Source: Epithemia pelagica (lineage: Eukaryota > Protista > Bacillariophyta). From it: a DNA stretch of 64,000 nt. Below, piece after piece: positions 43,760-55,399 of the stretch. The translations under genes and the position numbers were made by a program. How positions within the stretch are numbered: the first letter of the stretch is position 1; every line of letters begins with the position of its first letter. The notes under the pieces are model-generated. The model was not told where the DNA came from. It saw only the letters and a list, made by a program, of their open reading frames with translations, and made no database searches. The stretch is from the NCBI GenBank assembly GCA_946965045.2, contig OX337237.1:2356001-2420000 (forward strand). Reading direction: 5' to 3'.

Positions 43760-45391
43760 ATGGTGGCCGGCCTCAAGTTTTTGTCCAAAAAGGCATTCAA
43801 TCCACAAAACTTGTCCAATCAAAAACGAGTATGGGAGCGAGAACAAGATGAGAAATTGCAGGCTCGACGAATCAAGGAGCGAAACGATCAATTGCAACGA
43901 GAACGAGATGATGAAGAATTGGCCAAGGCACGGGGAGACTACCAACCCAAGGTACAGTTTCTGTATCAACTTCCTCCCGGATGTGCAACCAAGACCAACG
44001 AGGAATCCCCTAACGACGTCCCAAACAACCTCAACACTAATGATGACCAAAAACCTGCTGCTGCGTCGACCACAACTACAAATACGGTAGAATTGTATCG
44101 ACAACCAGGAGATGACGATGCCGCTGCGGCTTTTCGTCAAATGCTGGCGCAACAACAACAACCGCAACCAGCACCTTCAGAGACGGAAGCCAAGAGCACA
44201 CTCGGATTGCGGCATGAAGGAAAGTTTGGTGTTGTTTTGCAAGGCATTCAAGAACCACCGCAAAATGGAGACCGGGACGCCACAAACGATCCGTCGTCCA
44301 AATCGTCGTCCGCCAATACAAACAATAACAATGCTACGTTATCGGCCTTGGAAAAGGCTGTGGGACGTCACGGTGGCTCGACGTCGGCCGGTACCTTGGA
44401 AGATCAAATTGCCAAATTTCCCGTCTTGGCTCAAGCTCCTCGCCAACGAGGGTTGGATGAAACCTCGCAGGGTGTTACCTTTAAACCCCTGGGAGCTCAA
44501 ATTCGGAACGTCAAATGTTTTAAATGTGGTATGTGGGGACATTCCCGAGGAGATCGAGAATGTCCCCTCTCGGGATGGGATCCCTTTGCCGCGGCTACGA
44601 CCACAACGACCGTGGCGACGACCAACACAACGAGTACAATCAACAACAACAACGAGAATAACAAAACAGAGGATGTCATCACAACGACATCAGAATTCAA
44701 AACAGAAACCAAGGAGAGTGCTGCCCGAGATCGTCGTCGGGAAAGGATTGACAGCAGTAGTGACGATGATAGCGAGGAATCTCGGAGAAGACGACGAAAA
44801 CGCAAACGGCACAAGCGACGACGACGTGAAGAACGACGACTACGGCGCGAAACACAAGACGCTAACGAGGAAAGACATTGGCGTGATAGCATGGAACGAG
44901 AAGATTCCGAGGACAATGGCAATAATCGAGATGAAGAACGGCGACGACGGCGAAAACGGAAACAAGATCGACGACGACACAATGACAGTCCTCGCCGTGG
45001 TTACAAAAAGGAGGGCTGGGACGAACGCAGGGAAAAGTACGATAACGAATACCGAACGGACGATGATTCCTACGATGAAATGTCGTACCATCGACGGCGA
45101 CGACACGATAGCCCTCATAGCGACAGAAAGGAGGACCGTCACGAACCGACACGTAGCGAGACGAACAAGAGGGATTATGATACAGACGAAGATTCCTATG
45201 ATGAAAAAGCAAATCCTCGACCACGTCGACGTGAGGCGAAAGATGACCATGGCCGTCACAGGCATGAACATCACCACCAGAAAGCAAGGTATAAATCAAG
45301 AAACAGCGATAAGCATGATCGGGACAGGTCACCTCGACACGAACGCAATGAGCGAAATAGCGGCGGTCACAGATCATATCGTTCATCTTGA
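43760..45391 (+). CDS. CIR1: CIR1/CWC25-family splicing-associated protein
   Basis: Cir_N-like 'GLKFLSKKAFNPQNLSNQKRVWEREQ', Zn knuckle 'RNVKCFKCGMWGHSRGDRECPL', R/D/S-rich tail. Confidence 0.75.
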   Translation: MVAGLKFLSKKAFNPQNLSNQKRVWEREQDEKLQARRIKERNDQLQRERDDEELAKARGDYQPKVQFLYQLPPGCATKTNEESPNDVPNNLNTNDDQKPAAASTTTTNTVELYRQPGDDDAAAAFRQMLAQQQQPQPAPSETEAKSTLGLRHEGKFGVVLQGIQEPPQNGDRDATNDPSSKSSSANTNNNNATLSALEKAVGRHGGSTSAGTLEDQIAKFPVLAQAPRQRGLDETSQGVTFKPLGAQIRNVKCFKCGMWGHSRGDRECPLSGWDPFAAATTTTTVATTNTTSTINNNNENNKTEDVITTTSEFKTETKESAARDRRRERIDSSSDDDSEESRRRRRKRKRHKRRRREERRLRRETQDANEERHWRDSMEREDSEDNGNNRDEERRRRRKRKQDRRRHNDSPRRGYKKEGWDERREKYDNEYRTDDDSYDEMSYHRRRRHDSPHSDRKEDRHEPTRSETNKRDYDTDEDSYDEKANPRPRRREAKDDHGRHRHEHHHQKARYKSRNSDKHDRDRSPRHERNERNSGGHRSYRSS

Positions 45392-45541
45392 CAAAGAGAA
45401 GAAAGACTCTCTCAACAACCCGTAGGTACAAAATTTTGTTCTAGTAGTGGTTAACCAATAAACCACAATCGTTGAGACCTAGCTCCGACATTTCTTCACA
45501 TTCGAGCCAATGCCGAAGACAATTGACACATCTGTCTTCGT

Positions 45542-48500
45542 TCATAATTTTAAGACTTTGGGTTGCGAATCTCCCAATGGCGTGGTTGTGGCTGTGTTGG
45601 TGGGAGATTGATCCACAGCATTAGTGTCTTTGGATGTGTGTGAGGTGGAAACTGTGGTATTTTGCAATGCAGGTGCAGATTTGTCGGCGCTGTCGTTCTT
45701 TTTGTCTGCGACATTCTGCGTTGGATTGTTTCCCTTGCTGGCTGCTTCGTCGTCATTTTCGTCGGTTTTGCCATTGTTCCCTTCTAGTACACTCGTACTG
45801 GTGAGTTCGTTGGAAGTCTCTTCACACTTGTCATCTTCCTTGCTCCCATTTATACTCCTGTCAGCTTCTAGGGGCTCTCTTTGTTCTCCATCAAGTTCGT
45901 CTGTTCTGGTAGATGCCTGTTCTGCGTTCACACTCAGTGAACCAACCAATTCCGGTGTAATTTCCTCTAGGTCTAACTCTTCCGCACTTTCGAGGTTCTC
46001 CTTGTTCGCGTTACTACTTCCGACGAGCTCGGGCGTACTTGCCTCACTCTTCGGTTCGTTCATAGAAGTACTCACCACAAATTCCGGAGATCCATCCACT
46101 TCGTCTACTCCACCGGCATCCATTTCCTCGCTTTTTGATCTCACATTTGACCGATCATGAACACTCCATCTCAACCCAATTTTCTTGAGCTTCTCTTCAT
46201 ATTCAGGTTTCAGTTTCTTCTTGATTCGTGCCGTTCGTTGTCGATTGATCCATCGACCCAAAGCTTTCGGAGGGTCGTCCAATGTCTTGTAGGTGGTGGG
46301 TACATTACCGTCCCATTCGCCACCACTTTGTGCTTTCCGTTCTGCCACATATCTCACCAACAGACTGTACATTTTATCCCAAGTTGTCAACTCCAACATC
46401 GACCACTTCAAGCCCAGCTTCTCCAGTGCCGCCTGACGGTCCTTTCTTAGTTTCCCCGATTGATATTGGCTGCGTTGTCGATTCACCCATCTACCCAAGT
46501 TCCGATCTTCGCCAGCAAACTTGCCGTCTGGTCGAGCTTTGATTTGGTAGCTGGTAGGCACATTGCCGTCCCATTCACCACCATCCTTAGTCTGTTCTTC
46601 CACATAGAGTCGAAGTTCTTCCAATGTTTCATTCCACGAGTTAGCAGGTAAGACACTCCACCTCAGTCCAACGTCCTCAAGTCTCTTGCTTCGGTCTTCT
46701 CGCAGTGATCCCTTTGCTTTGGATGTTCTTTGATTGTTCACCCATCTCCCCAGTTTCTTGCCGTCGACCGTAATGTGGTTGGTAGGGACATTGCCATCCC
46801 AAATCCACATGTCTTGCTCATATTCTGACAGATCCTGTGTATCTTTCCGACGACGATCGTCAATAAACTGGATGAGACTGGTGAACATGCTCTCCCACTT
46901 TTGAGTGGACTTGTCCCCTCCTGCAGGTTTGGATGGCACCGGTGCTGATGTCGTCGCCACTGGCATTGGCATTTCCGCGGATCGGACCAAAGGCGCAATG
47001 GGAACGTTTTCCGGCTGGGCCACTGTGCGGTTGGATTTCTTGGGTGTTACGTGCAACACGGTGGGTGTTGACTGTTGCGACGAGGAACGACAGGCGGTGG
47101 GTTTTACCGCCGTTTGGTCCTCAACGGACAAGTTTGTTGGTGACGTTCGTTTCACGCGCTTTTTCAAGGGTATCGAACTTGTCGTGTTGGTGGAGGCCGA
47201 TGCTGCTGTACTACAACTATTACTGTGCTCGCGAACACGTTTCTTCAATGGATGGCTTCGTGCACTCACGGCAGCACGTGCTCGTTTTCGCAGTTCCGCT
47301 TCTTCGCGTTCATCCATGGAAGATTTTCGAACTCCATCCTCATATTGTTCTGGTGGTTGCTCTTGTTCCGAATCCGATGAGTTGTCGCTACCAGCTTTTG
47401 TTCGTTGTGCTACCAAGGGGAGTGCTCTCCGATTGGACCGACGAGTCGATACTCTCAACGAAAGCGACGAGGGAGAAGATGGTCGTTGATTCTTTTTGGG
47501 CGATCGAGAATTTCGTTTCCTCGGTCTCTTGCTCGTTTTGGGTTTGGGTACATTTTCCTCTTCTTCCTCCATTTCCACGTCCTCCTCCTCCTGCTTGGCG
47601 GTTGTGTTCTCGTCGACAACCACCTCCGTTGTAGCAGGATCCATGGCCAATAACGAAGACGCGGAGCCAAATGAATGCTTTCGACCAAGCATGGCCAAAT
47701 CCAACGTCGCTGCAGCCGCATTGGCAGCATCCACCGCGACTGCCAACGCTTCGGGGTCCAACCCCACCGTAGCGGAATTGACCGACAAGGATCGGGCTCG
47801 CAGGCGCATTATTGTACTACTGGTATCACTTCCATCAATGGCCAAATGCTTGTCTAATACCGTCTCCTGAATGTTTTCATGGTCGTCCTCTTCTTCCTCA
47901 TCTTCGCCCTCGGCCGGGTCCTCGGGATCTCGTCGCAATACAGCGTCTTCTTCCAAATTTCCCACCAACTCTACAGCTCCCGCAATTTCCGCCAACTGAT
48001 CCCCCATTGAGGCTACCGTGGCCGACACAAAGGCTTGAAGATCAATGGTAACATCAATGCCTTCTACTTGCATGGGCAATCCAGTCATGGATGCTTCTGA
48101 TGCCGAAGACAAGGAATTGAGGCGATCGCGCGTGACAAATCGACCCGAAGCTGGATTGGTGCTGCTCGTATGGTTCTGGTTTGTGGTGCCCGCCGCTACT
48201 GTGCTGGCACCTGCGGTGGACCCAGGTGCTGCCGCATCGGCCAAGCCATCCATTTCCGGCAAGGTTGCTTCCCCATCGTCGGGAGGGGGTGGCATCATCA
48301 TGGCCATGGTGAAATGACCGGGAACGCTCGAGTTGGCCGTCCGAGAAACGCCACCACCCAGTTGTTGCAAAGCTCCACTCAAATCCGACATGGCGCCCCA
48401 AGATTCCAATCGTTCTCGTCGTTGACCCGAGACAGATTCCTCCCCCGCATCTGAGGCGCTCCCCAAAGACCCTAAACGATCTCGTCGACTTTCCTCCAAA

Positions 48501-50371
48501 AAATGTTGCAATCCCGGAAGAACGCTGCTACTTACGACCGATTCTTGTCGTTCCCGGCCCGCAGGAACTCCATCTGTGGTAGTGGTGTTGGTGTTCAAGA
48601 GCATGGCGTCCATTAACCCTTTGGGACCGGACCCAAAGGAAATATCGTCTTCGATTTGTTTGGTCGTGCCCTCGTCTTTTTTCAGACTGGATTCTTCCAG
48701 GGCCGTGTCCGAGGGATTGGTGGTGACCGCGGCGGTGGAAGTCATGGTGGAGAGGGGTTTGGAAGGTGCCAATCGGAGGGGACCCGTCGTTGTAGAGGCA
48801 GGAGGATCCTCGTCTGGAATAGCTGGAGCAGCCAAAAGTTCTTCAAACTTTGGCAAGCGAGCATCGGGAGTACCTTCCAATGAATCCTGGCGTCGCGTTT
48901 TTGTCAATGCTGCTACCGCCGCATCCGGAGATGAGGGAAGTTCTGGTAAGGTCGAATCGTTGGAAAATTTTCGCGCTCCCTCTTGGGTGGTACTACGAGC
49001 AGGGTTGCTCGTAGTGTTGTGGTTGTTGTTGTTGTTATTGTTGGGCGAGACGGTCGAGGCATGACTCAGTGACAACAAATCAATGGAAAAGGTTCGTTGA
49101 GGTTTGGCAGTGGTTGTGTTGTGGGTGGTGGTTGTGTAATGGCCCGTGGAGGATTCGGTCGAATCTTTTCGTATTCTACTACGAGAAGTCGTGTAGGTGG
49201 AGGTGGCAGCAGCGGCAGCATGTTCGGCTGTACTAGAGCTATTCCATTGTTCTGTGCTTGTTTTGGACGGTGGCACACTTGTCGTCGAAGAAGTAGTGGT
49301 GGTGTTTTGGGTTGTTGCATGGGCCAAGGAAGCGTTGGAGGTTGGATACGAATCGTGTGATCCTTTCCGTTTTTTGGACGGCAATCGGCTGGGACAAATA
49401 TTGCTCTTGGCCAGAGGGCGGCTCGTGTGGGTAGAAGTCGTCACATTAGTGGCAGCAGTAGAGGGAGGCATCGTAGTGCACGTTGGGTGCGGAGTCCGAC
49501 CAGTGGAAGAGGAACCGGGTGGTTCCTTGCTTACCTTGGTAACAGTCGGATCTGCAACGTCTGTGGTGGATGACGAAGCAGGTCCATCGGAGAGAGGAGG
49601 TGGAACAGAGAGGCCCAAGTGTGTTGTAGAAGTAGTAGTAGTAGTGGAGGTTGGGTGACCAGTGTTGGTGGAGGAGGAATCTTTGGGTGGTTCCTTGGTT
49701 GCATATTCACTAATGGTTGCAGTGGAAGGTGCAGCAACCGCAGCATCGGTGGCAAGTGCACAAGTTAGTGCACTGGGGAGCGGCAACACAGGACAAAGGT
49801 TGTCCGCGACTGCCGTGGTAAAAGTTTCGGGGGCATTGGCTGCGACAGTCGCTTCGCGATCCTCGGACTGTCCTTTGGACCGTTCTTCGGTCTGGTCTTG
49901 TGATGATGAGGGTTCAGCTTCTTTCGGTTGTTGTCGATGCTGTGGATCCGTTGCTTCTGGCGAATGCAAGGCTGGTTCTAGTTCCTCTTTCTTCTCGTTT
50001 ATTGGCTGCTCTTGCTGTGCGTTGGTTATACTTTGTTCACGTTTCACAGTCTCATTGGTTTCGGGAGAGATGTCCGTCTGGATACTTGCAGCAGCCGTTT
50101 CTGGAGTAGCATCATGATTGTTGCTACTACTTGTAACAGTCGTGCTGTTAGAATGATCCTCCGAGGTTTTGCGCTTCTTGCTGGGAAGATGTCCGGAATT
50201 GGGAGGCATTGGGGTGTGGTCCTGGTACACGTGTTGTTTCGCACGCTCCGTAGTGTGTCTGTAGAAACTGCCAATCTCGTTCTCGCTCTCGAATCGCCCG
50301 ACCGCCGCGACGCCGCCCTCCCAAAAACGACCAAGAGAGAAGGATCGTGTCGTTGTTCGATCCAACGACAA
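45542..50371 (-). CDS. Large low-complexity protein with three C-terminal Helicase-associated (HA) repeats
   Basis: Three repeats of 'W...f..L..Y....DGNVP.....LGRW(V/I)N.QR......L...R...L...G(L).W'; long S/T-rich regions. Confidence 0.85.
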   Translation of the reverse strand: MSLDRTTTRSFSLGRFWEGGVAAVGRFESENEIGSFYRHTTERAKQHVYQDHTPMPPNSGHLPSKKRKTSEDHSNSTTVTSSSNNHDATPETAAASIQTDISPETNETVKREQSITNAQQEQPINEKKEELEPALHSPEATDPQHRQQPKEAEPSSSQDQTEERSKGQSEDREATVAANAPETFTTAVADNLCPVLPLPSALTCALATDAAVAAPSTATISEYATKEPPKDSSSTNTGHPTSTTTTTSTTHLGLSVPPPLSDGPASSSTTDVADPTVTKVSKEPPGSSSTGRTPHPTCTTMPPSTAATNVTTSTHTSRPLAKSNICPSRLPSKKRKGSHDSYPTSNASLAHATTQNTTTTSSTTSVPPSKTSTEQWNSSSTAEHAAAAATSTYTTSRSRIRKDSTESSTGHYTTTTHNTTTAKPQRTFSIDLLSLSHASTVSPNNNNNNNHNTTSNPARSTTQEGARKFSNDSTLPELPSSPDAAVAALTKTRRQDSLEGTPDARLPKFEELLAAPAIPDEDPPASTTTGPLRLAPSKPLSTMTSTAAVTTNPSDTALEESSLKKDEGTTKQIEDDISFGSGPKGLMDAMLLNTNTTTTDGVPAGRERQESVVSSSVLPGLQHFLEESRRDRLGSLGSASDAGEESVSGQRRERLESWGAMSDLSGALQQLGGGVSRTANSSVPGHFTMAMMMPPPPDDGEATLPEMDGLADAAAPGSTAGASTVAAGTTNQNHTSSTNPASGRFVTRDRLNSLSSASEASMTGLPMQVEGIDVTIDLQAFVSATVASMGDQLAEIAGAVELVGNLEEDAVLRRDPEDPAEGEDEEEEDDHENIQETVLDKHLAIDGSDTSSTIMRLRARSLSVNSATVGLDPEALAVAVDAANAAAATLDLAMLGRKHSFGSASSLLAMDPATTEVVVDENTTAKQEEEDVEMEEEEENVPKPKTSKRPRKRNSRSPKKNQRPSSPSSLSLRVSTRRSNRRALPLVAQRTKAGSDNSSDSEQEQPPEQYEDGVRKSSMDEREEAELRKRARAAVSARSHPLKKRVREHSNSCSTAASASTNTTSSIPLKKRVKRTSPTNLSVEDQTAVKPTACRSSSQQSTPTVLHVTPKKSNRTVAQPENVPIAPLVRSAEMPMPVATTSAPVPSKPAGGDKSTQKWESMFTSLIQFIDDRRRKDTQDLSEYEQDMWIWDGNVPTNHITVDGKKLGRWVNNQRTSKAKGSLREDRSKRLEDVGLRWSVLPANSWNETLEELRLYVEEQTKDGGEWDGNVPTSYQIKARPDGKFAGEDRNLGRWVNRQRSQYQSGKLRKDRQAALEKLGLKWSMLELTTWDKMYSLLVRYVAERKAQSGGEWDGNVPTTYKTLDDPPKALGRWINRQRTARIKKKLKPEYEEKLKKIGLRWSVHDRSNVRSKSEEMDAGGVDEVDGSPEFVVSTSMNEPKSEASTPELVGSSNANKENLESAEELDLEEITPELVGSLSVNAEQASTRTDELDGEQREPLEADRSINGSKEDDKCEETSNELTSTSVLEGNNGKTDENDDEAASKGNNPTQNVADKKNDSADKSAPALQNTTVSTSHTSKDTNAVDQSPTNTATTTPLGDSQPKVLKL

Positions 50372-50517
50372 TGCGCACTATTTTATGTCTTGTGGTTTGG
50401 TTGGAACACTGGCAAAGACAACAAGAAGGAGATGGGAGAGACGAGCATAATCGCGATTAGGAAATTTGTGTGTGTGTGTGAATGTTGACACAATTGCTGG
50501 TGGATGGCGAGTCCCGC

Positions 50518-50630
50518 TTTTAAGTCACAGGCCGATAATGGATGACGTACAGACATTCATTCGTCCTTGACTCGCGGTTCGATCGCGAGTTCTGCATTTA
50601 AGTCACGGATAGCGGATGACGTACAGGCAT
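50518..50630. promoter_or_regulatory. Divergent promoter with duplicated TTTAAGTCAC..GGATGACGTACAG motif and intervening hairpin
   Basis: TGACGT at 50543-50548 and 50617-50622; ACTCGCG/CGCGAGT stem at 50570-50590; lies between divergent starts at 50371 (-) and 50855 (+). Confidence 0.45.
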
Positions 50631-50854
50631 CTTTCAGTCGTGTTAGAGTCGCGTTACGGCCGCCGCGATGATTCACAACAGAGTTGCTGTTGACTTTGCT
50701 GACGCATGACATCATTTTTCACTCGCTTTCTCAACAAAACAACGAAGACGGCCTCAAATTGAGTCGAAAGTGACGAGAGAAGGGCAATTTACAATCCCAG
50801 GAGAGTGCTGTGCTAATAATATAAAGATTGATTCTGGATAGCTCGTTTGGGACG

Positions 50855-51563
50855 ATGATGATGATGATTGCAAAGAATAAGTTTAGTTGGGTTCTCTTGT
50901 TGGTGTGTCTGGTCGTTGGTTGGTTCCGTCCGGTGCAGGGCTTTCAATCCGTCCAACCTCGCACGGTGGTTGTGTCACCCACAACAACAACGACGGCCTT
51001 GAATGTCTTTGGCAACAAGAAAACGGCCGCCTCCCGGGCCGCCGAAGCCGAGGCCGCAGCCAAGTACTGGCAAGGAGAATGGGTCTGCAAAGATTGTGGA
51101 TACATTTACAATCGGGTACGTCGTTGGTTGGTGTCCAAGTTGCTGTGGTCTTTGTGTTTTGAAAATCCCAGTGGCCTCCGAATTTTTGGTGAAGGAAACG
51201 TTGATGGGAAGAAATCGATTGAACATCCTGTCATCCTACAATCCCGGTATATTTCTAACCATTGACTCTTTGTCTATTGTTGTTCTGGTTGCAACCAACC
51301 CTTGTTGTTGTTGTTGTTGTTGTTGATGTGTGTATACGTCATGTTGGATTCGACAGGCCGAATGTGCCGGCATGTACTTTGAAGAACAGGGACCCGGTTT
51401 CCGTTGTCCGCAATGTTCCGGTCCTCGTCGTCGTTACGCCAAAAAGGTGGGAGATCGCGTCGGAACGACCTTGGATGGAGGTGATGCCCCCATTCTCATT
51501 TTTTCCTTTGGCGGTGTGATTGCCACCATTGCCTTTGGAATCTGGGCCGTCCAAAACTTGTAA
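50855..51563 (+). CDS. Plastid rubredoxin-like protein; exons 50855-51115, 51357-51563
   Basis: Presequence 'VQG-FQS'; spliced 'WVCKDCGYIYNR|AECAGMYFEEQGPGFRCPQCSGPRRRY'; C-terminal TM. Confidence 0.85.
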
Positions 51564-53131
51564 TAAACGGGACATTTGGTAGACTGTTTCTTCATGGATC
51601 CAATCACACGCTATAGTATTACTTGACCGAAACCAAACGCAAAGCACACACACACAAACTTGTTCTAGCCACAAAGACGACGACAACAACGAGAGCGCTG
51701 CTCCTACTACACATCGTGAAACCCCAATGTCAAAGCCAACCCAACCAGCATCTTATCACCGTTTCCGGTGATGAAATGAATAAACACTCTTGTCCTATAT
51801 CTCACTACCTAGTACTTCGTTTCACCCGCATCCACGGCAGTCCTTCTTGAGTACACCAAAACCAGAAAATTCCACAAACGAGACGAAGAAGAGAGAACGA
51901 CCAATGTCCTGTTTTCCTTGTTCGGCTTCCATGGCATGTGTCAAGTCCTTCAGCGAGTGGATTTGTATTTCTGCATAGATGCGATCCTCCATCCAGGTTG
52001 TCAGCGTTGTTCTACCTTGTCTAGGTGGACTTGTTATTCTTTGGCCCAGATCGATCCATGTCGTGAACATCCTAAATAAAAGAGGGGATTCTCGGGACGT
52101 CAAGACATTCAAACCTTTTCTCAAGAAAGCGACAGAGGTGCACTCAATGACTCCATGTTGAGGACCATTGTTGAAAAGAGAGTGGAGTAGGAAGAGGTAT
52201 AGAGGTAGCACTAGGTAGCACTGCGTCTGATCTGTCCCCCGCGCAGCCACAGCTGTTTTCGAAGGACGCAAGCGGGATCTTGGCGATAAAGGGGATTTGT
52301 CTTCAGATTTAAGGGTGCGGTGTAATCTTCCCCCAAAACGTTTCTGGTTATGAAGACCGAAACGAGATATTGTTCAAGAGATTGAATCATCCTTGGGAAA
52401 CTGGAACGCTTGAAATTCTTTTGCCCCCATATGGTGAAATAATTCGGGGATGGATATCTATTCGTAATCGCTCCGCCGGGACAGATCGCAGAAACCACGC
52501 AAAATACAACTCTCTCTCTCTATGATCATAGAGAACACAGCGTCTCCTATTTTTGTTGCGGTGTGGTTCTTCTTCTTTGGTTCTTACCATATATACTACG
52601 CCCTGGATCCTGACACAGTGCAAGTACCAAACAAGACCAGGAATCACAACCACACCCACCAAGCAAAAAGAGTGGACGTCAAGGAGAAAGTGTGGTTCCT
52701 CTCAAGCAACCGGTGTTGGCGCTGTATTGGTTGCGGCGCGCTGCCATAAGTGATCGCAACGGCTGGAAGGTGCACCTTGGAGTGTGAACAACGGACTTGC
52801 TGGCAAAATTCTATCTAGGAGTGTCCACCAGAGAGAGAGGTCAGGCATTGGTTGCTGCGTGACGAGAATCGGTGGTGTTGGCAGGAAGGAGAGAGAACCA
52901 CAACACCACGTGTCTTGTTGTTGTTGGTGTTGGTGGTGGTGGTGTTGTTGCTTCCCATACAAACGGTTCAGCATCGTTTTAGTTGGTTGTTGGGTGGCTA
53001 CTTTCTTCGTGTCCTGCTTACGACAGGAGAGAGTCTCCAAGAAATTGTTGCACACAACAGCGGCCTTGTGGACAAGACAAACCTCCATTCTTGGAGTGTG
53101 ACTTGACGTCGTCTTTCACCAGTGTCACAGG

Positions 53132-55399
53132 ATGTGGTGGAACCGTCGAGAGGAAAGCAGTAGTAACGGATATAGCAGTACAGAAGATCGCAGCGAAGAC
53201 GAGAGCAGTCACTCCAATCATCGATCCACTTCCTTTTCCAAACACAGCAACCACAGTCAAAGCAACAACAACCACAACAACAACAACAATACCTATTCCT
53301 TTCGAAGCACTACTTCGTCTACTTCCAAAAAGACCAAAAGTGCCGGTGCCAGTAGTCGACAATCCTTTTTGGGTGGTTCCAAATCCCTTGTCCCTCAACG
53401 ACGATCGAGACGAAACAACACCAACAACCTCAAGAAACAGCGAAGCAAAAGTACCAAGGAAACGACTTCGGGTATTTTTTCCAAACTAGGAATCACTGGC
53501 AACAGCAGTAGTACAGACGACGCTCTGCACGATTTGGAAAATACCGTGGCGGAAACCCACATGGGATTTGAAGTGTCCTTGGCTTCCTTGAACAACAACG
53601 ACAAAAGCAACAACGCGACGACTTCTCCTCGCATTACAGCACCCTCCAATAATAGTAGCGGTCAGTATCGATCCCCCGCGGCCATGAAGCATCATTCGTC
53701 ATTCTCCGGTGCGGCGGCTGCTTCTCCCTCATCCTATTCGTCTCCTTCGCAATCTTCTCCGTCACGCTATCATGCCACCAACACAAAAGTCGGTGGAAGC
53801 AAGCATACCACACATCGGGGTGTTCAAATGAAACCGGTTATGTCCTTTCAAGAAGAATTGTTGGCTCGGCAAAAAATTCATCGAACCCAATATACCGTGA
53901 CCCAATGGCCTGCCTTGGGACCCAAACCCAAGGGGCAAGCTTCGTCGCCATCTCATTTGTCGTCGCGACTATGGTCCAGCAGCAACACCAACAACAGCAA
54001 ACCGCCCGCCAATGCCTTGATGACTCTGTCCCGACATCATCGAGTCCAATATCCAGCCGCTGGTATGGATTCCTCCTCAAAACCAGCATTTTCCTTTGAC
54101 GATTGCTTGTTTTTGTTGCGAAGCCATGAAGTTGTGGATGAAATGACAAGTTTAAGGGAAGAGTTGGCCCACATGGATGCTGAAGTCGATGCCTTGCAAA
54201 AGGATAAAAAACAATTGGAAGATTTGGTTTCTGGATCACAACCTCAACAAGCACCATCCTCTCCTTCTGGAGCTCTTTCCCCACCGGAATTTCCCAGCCC
54301 CGGTGGTACGACTTCGGGTAACAATATTCCAACCGCCTGGGATGTCAATGAATTGTTGGGATCACGCAGCATTACGGTAGCCCAACGATCGCAATTGCAA
54401 ACTCAACGAGGCATTCATTTGACGGTCCATTTTCATGATCGGAGTGCCACTGAAGCCTTGGCCTCTCGATGTGGTATAAAGAACCATGTCTTGGCCAAAT
54501 TCAAGGAATCGCACAAGCAACAATTTGTCCGCAATTCGTCCACGGCGTCCTCCTCGACGCCAATACACCAACACAAGTACCAGAACAATGGTCCCCTATC
54601 GGTTGTCAACAACCAATTATTATTGGAATTAACACCCGACACGTGTCGAGAGGGTGGTGCAGCCACACATATTCAACAAATAGCCTTGTTGTGCAAGGAT
54701 GGTGGTCGAGAATTGAGTTTCTTTTTGGGCAAGGACCAAGGCAAATCAGTCTACTGGGGCCATTTACCGGATCGGTTATATCGACGAATGCAAGATCAGG
54801 GAATGAATCCCAAACAATCGGCGTCGGAATTGACCTATTTGGCAACCGGTCCCATGGATTATTATTATGCCGAATTTCGATCGGGAGAAGCCTGGTGGGG
54901 TTCCTCGGTGGACGACCGAGCCTTTCATTCCATTTGTACCGAATGGGATGTCTACCGTGTAGCTTTTGGTCCCTGTCTGGTTGTAGAAGAAGAACCAGAA
55001 ACTATGGGAGATGCTGGAACCTCCCCTCCCATGTCCCCCCAACAGCAACAACCTCAATCACCGACACCCGCACAACAATCCCGAACTCCCACAACGACCT
55101 CGTCCTGGGTCGTTTTGAGTCGCGATGGCCGGGCCGCCTGGAAGAATATCCCCTCTCGTTTGGATCGTTTGTTGTCCAGTCGCATGGCCAATCAAGCCGG
55201 TGTGGCCGAAGTGTCCTTGGGCTGTGGCGATTCTTACTTTTGTCGATTCTTGGATGGGACGGTCGATTATTGTTTGCCCAGTACCGTTGCGGCCGTCTGT
55301 CAACAGTTGGAAGCCAAGGGATCGACGACCATTACCAGCATTGCCCTGCATCCCGAACTGTCCCAGGACTTTGTCATTCGAAGTGCCACCTTCTACTAA
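53132..55399 (+). CDS. Uncharacterised protein: S-rich N-terminus, coiled coil, C-terminal repeated 'G...Y(F).F..G...W..P..L' beta-rich units
   Basis: 755-aa ORF; coiled coil 'SLREELAHMDAEVDALQKDKKQLEDL'; repeats 'LATGPMDYYYAEFRSGEAWW' and 'VSLGCGDSYFCRFLDGTVDY'. Confidence 0.7.
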   Translation: MWWNRREESSSNGYSSTEDRSEDESSHSNHRSTSFSKHSNHSQSNNNHNNNNNTYSFRSTTSSTSKKTKSAGASSRQSFLGGSKSLVPQRRSRRNNTNNLKKQRSKSTKETTSGIFSKLGITGNSSSTDDALHDLENTVAETHMGFEVSLASLNNNDKSNNATTSPRITAPSNNSSGQYRSPAAMKHHSSFSGAAAASPSSYSSPSQSSPSRYHATNTKVGGSKHTTHRGVQMKPVMSFQEELLARQKIHRTQYTVTQWPALGPKPKGQASSPSHLSSRLWSSSNTNNSKPPANALMTLSRHHRVQYPAAGMDSSSKPAFSFDDCLFLLRSHEVVDEMTSLREELAHMDAEVDALQKDKKQLEDLVSGSQPQQAPSSPSGALSPPEFPSPGGTTSGNNIPTAWDVNELLGSRSITVAQRSQLQTQRGIHLTVHFHDRSATEALASRCGIKNHVLAKFKESHKQQFVRNSSTASSSTPIHQHKYQNNGPLSVVNNQLLLELTPDTCREGGAATHIQQIALLCKDGGRELSFFLGKDQGKSVYWGHLPDRLYRRMQDQGMNPKQSASELTYLATGPMDYYYAEFRSGEAWWGSSVDDRAFHSICTEWDVYRVAFGPCLVVEEEPETMGDAGTSPPMSPQQQQPQSPTPAQQSRTPTTTSSWVVLSRDGRAAWKNIPSRLDRLLSSRMANQAGVAEVSLGCGDSYFCRFLDGTVDYCLPSTVAAVCQQLEAKGSTTITSIALHPELSQDFVIRSATFY

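Noticed and set aside
51301-51325. (TTG)n microsatellite in the rubredoxin intron
   Set aside because: Common simple repeat.
51822-52750. Short ORFs on both strands between rubredoxin and the 755-aa gene
   Set aside because: No motif or splice model; cannot be distinguished from chance ORFs.
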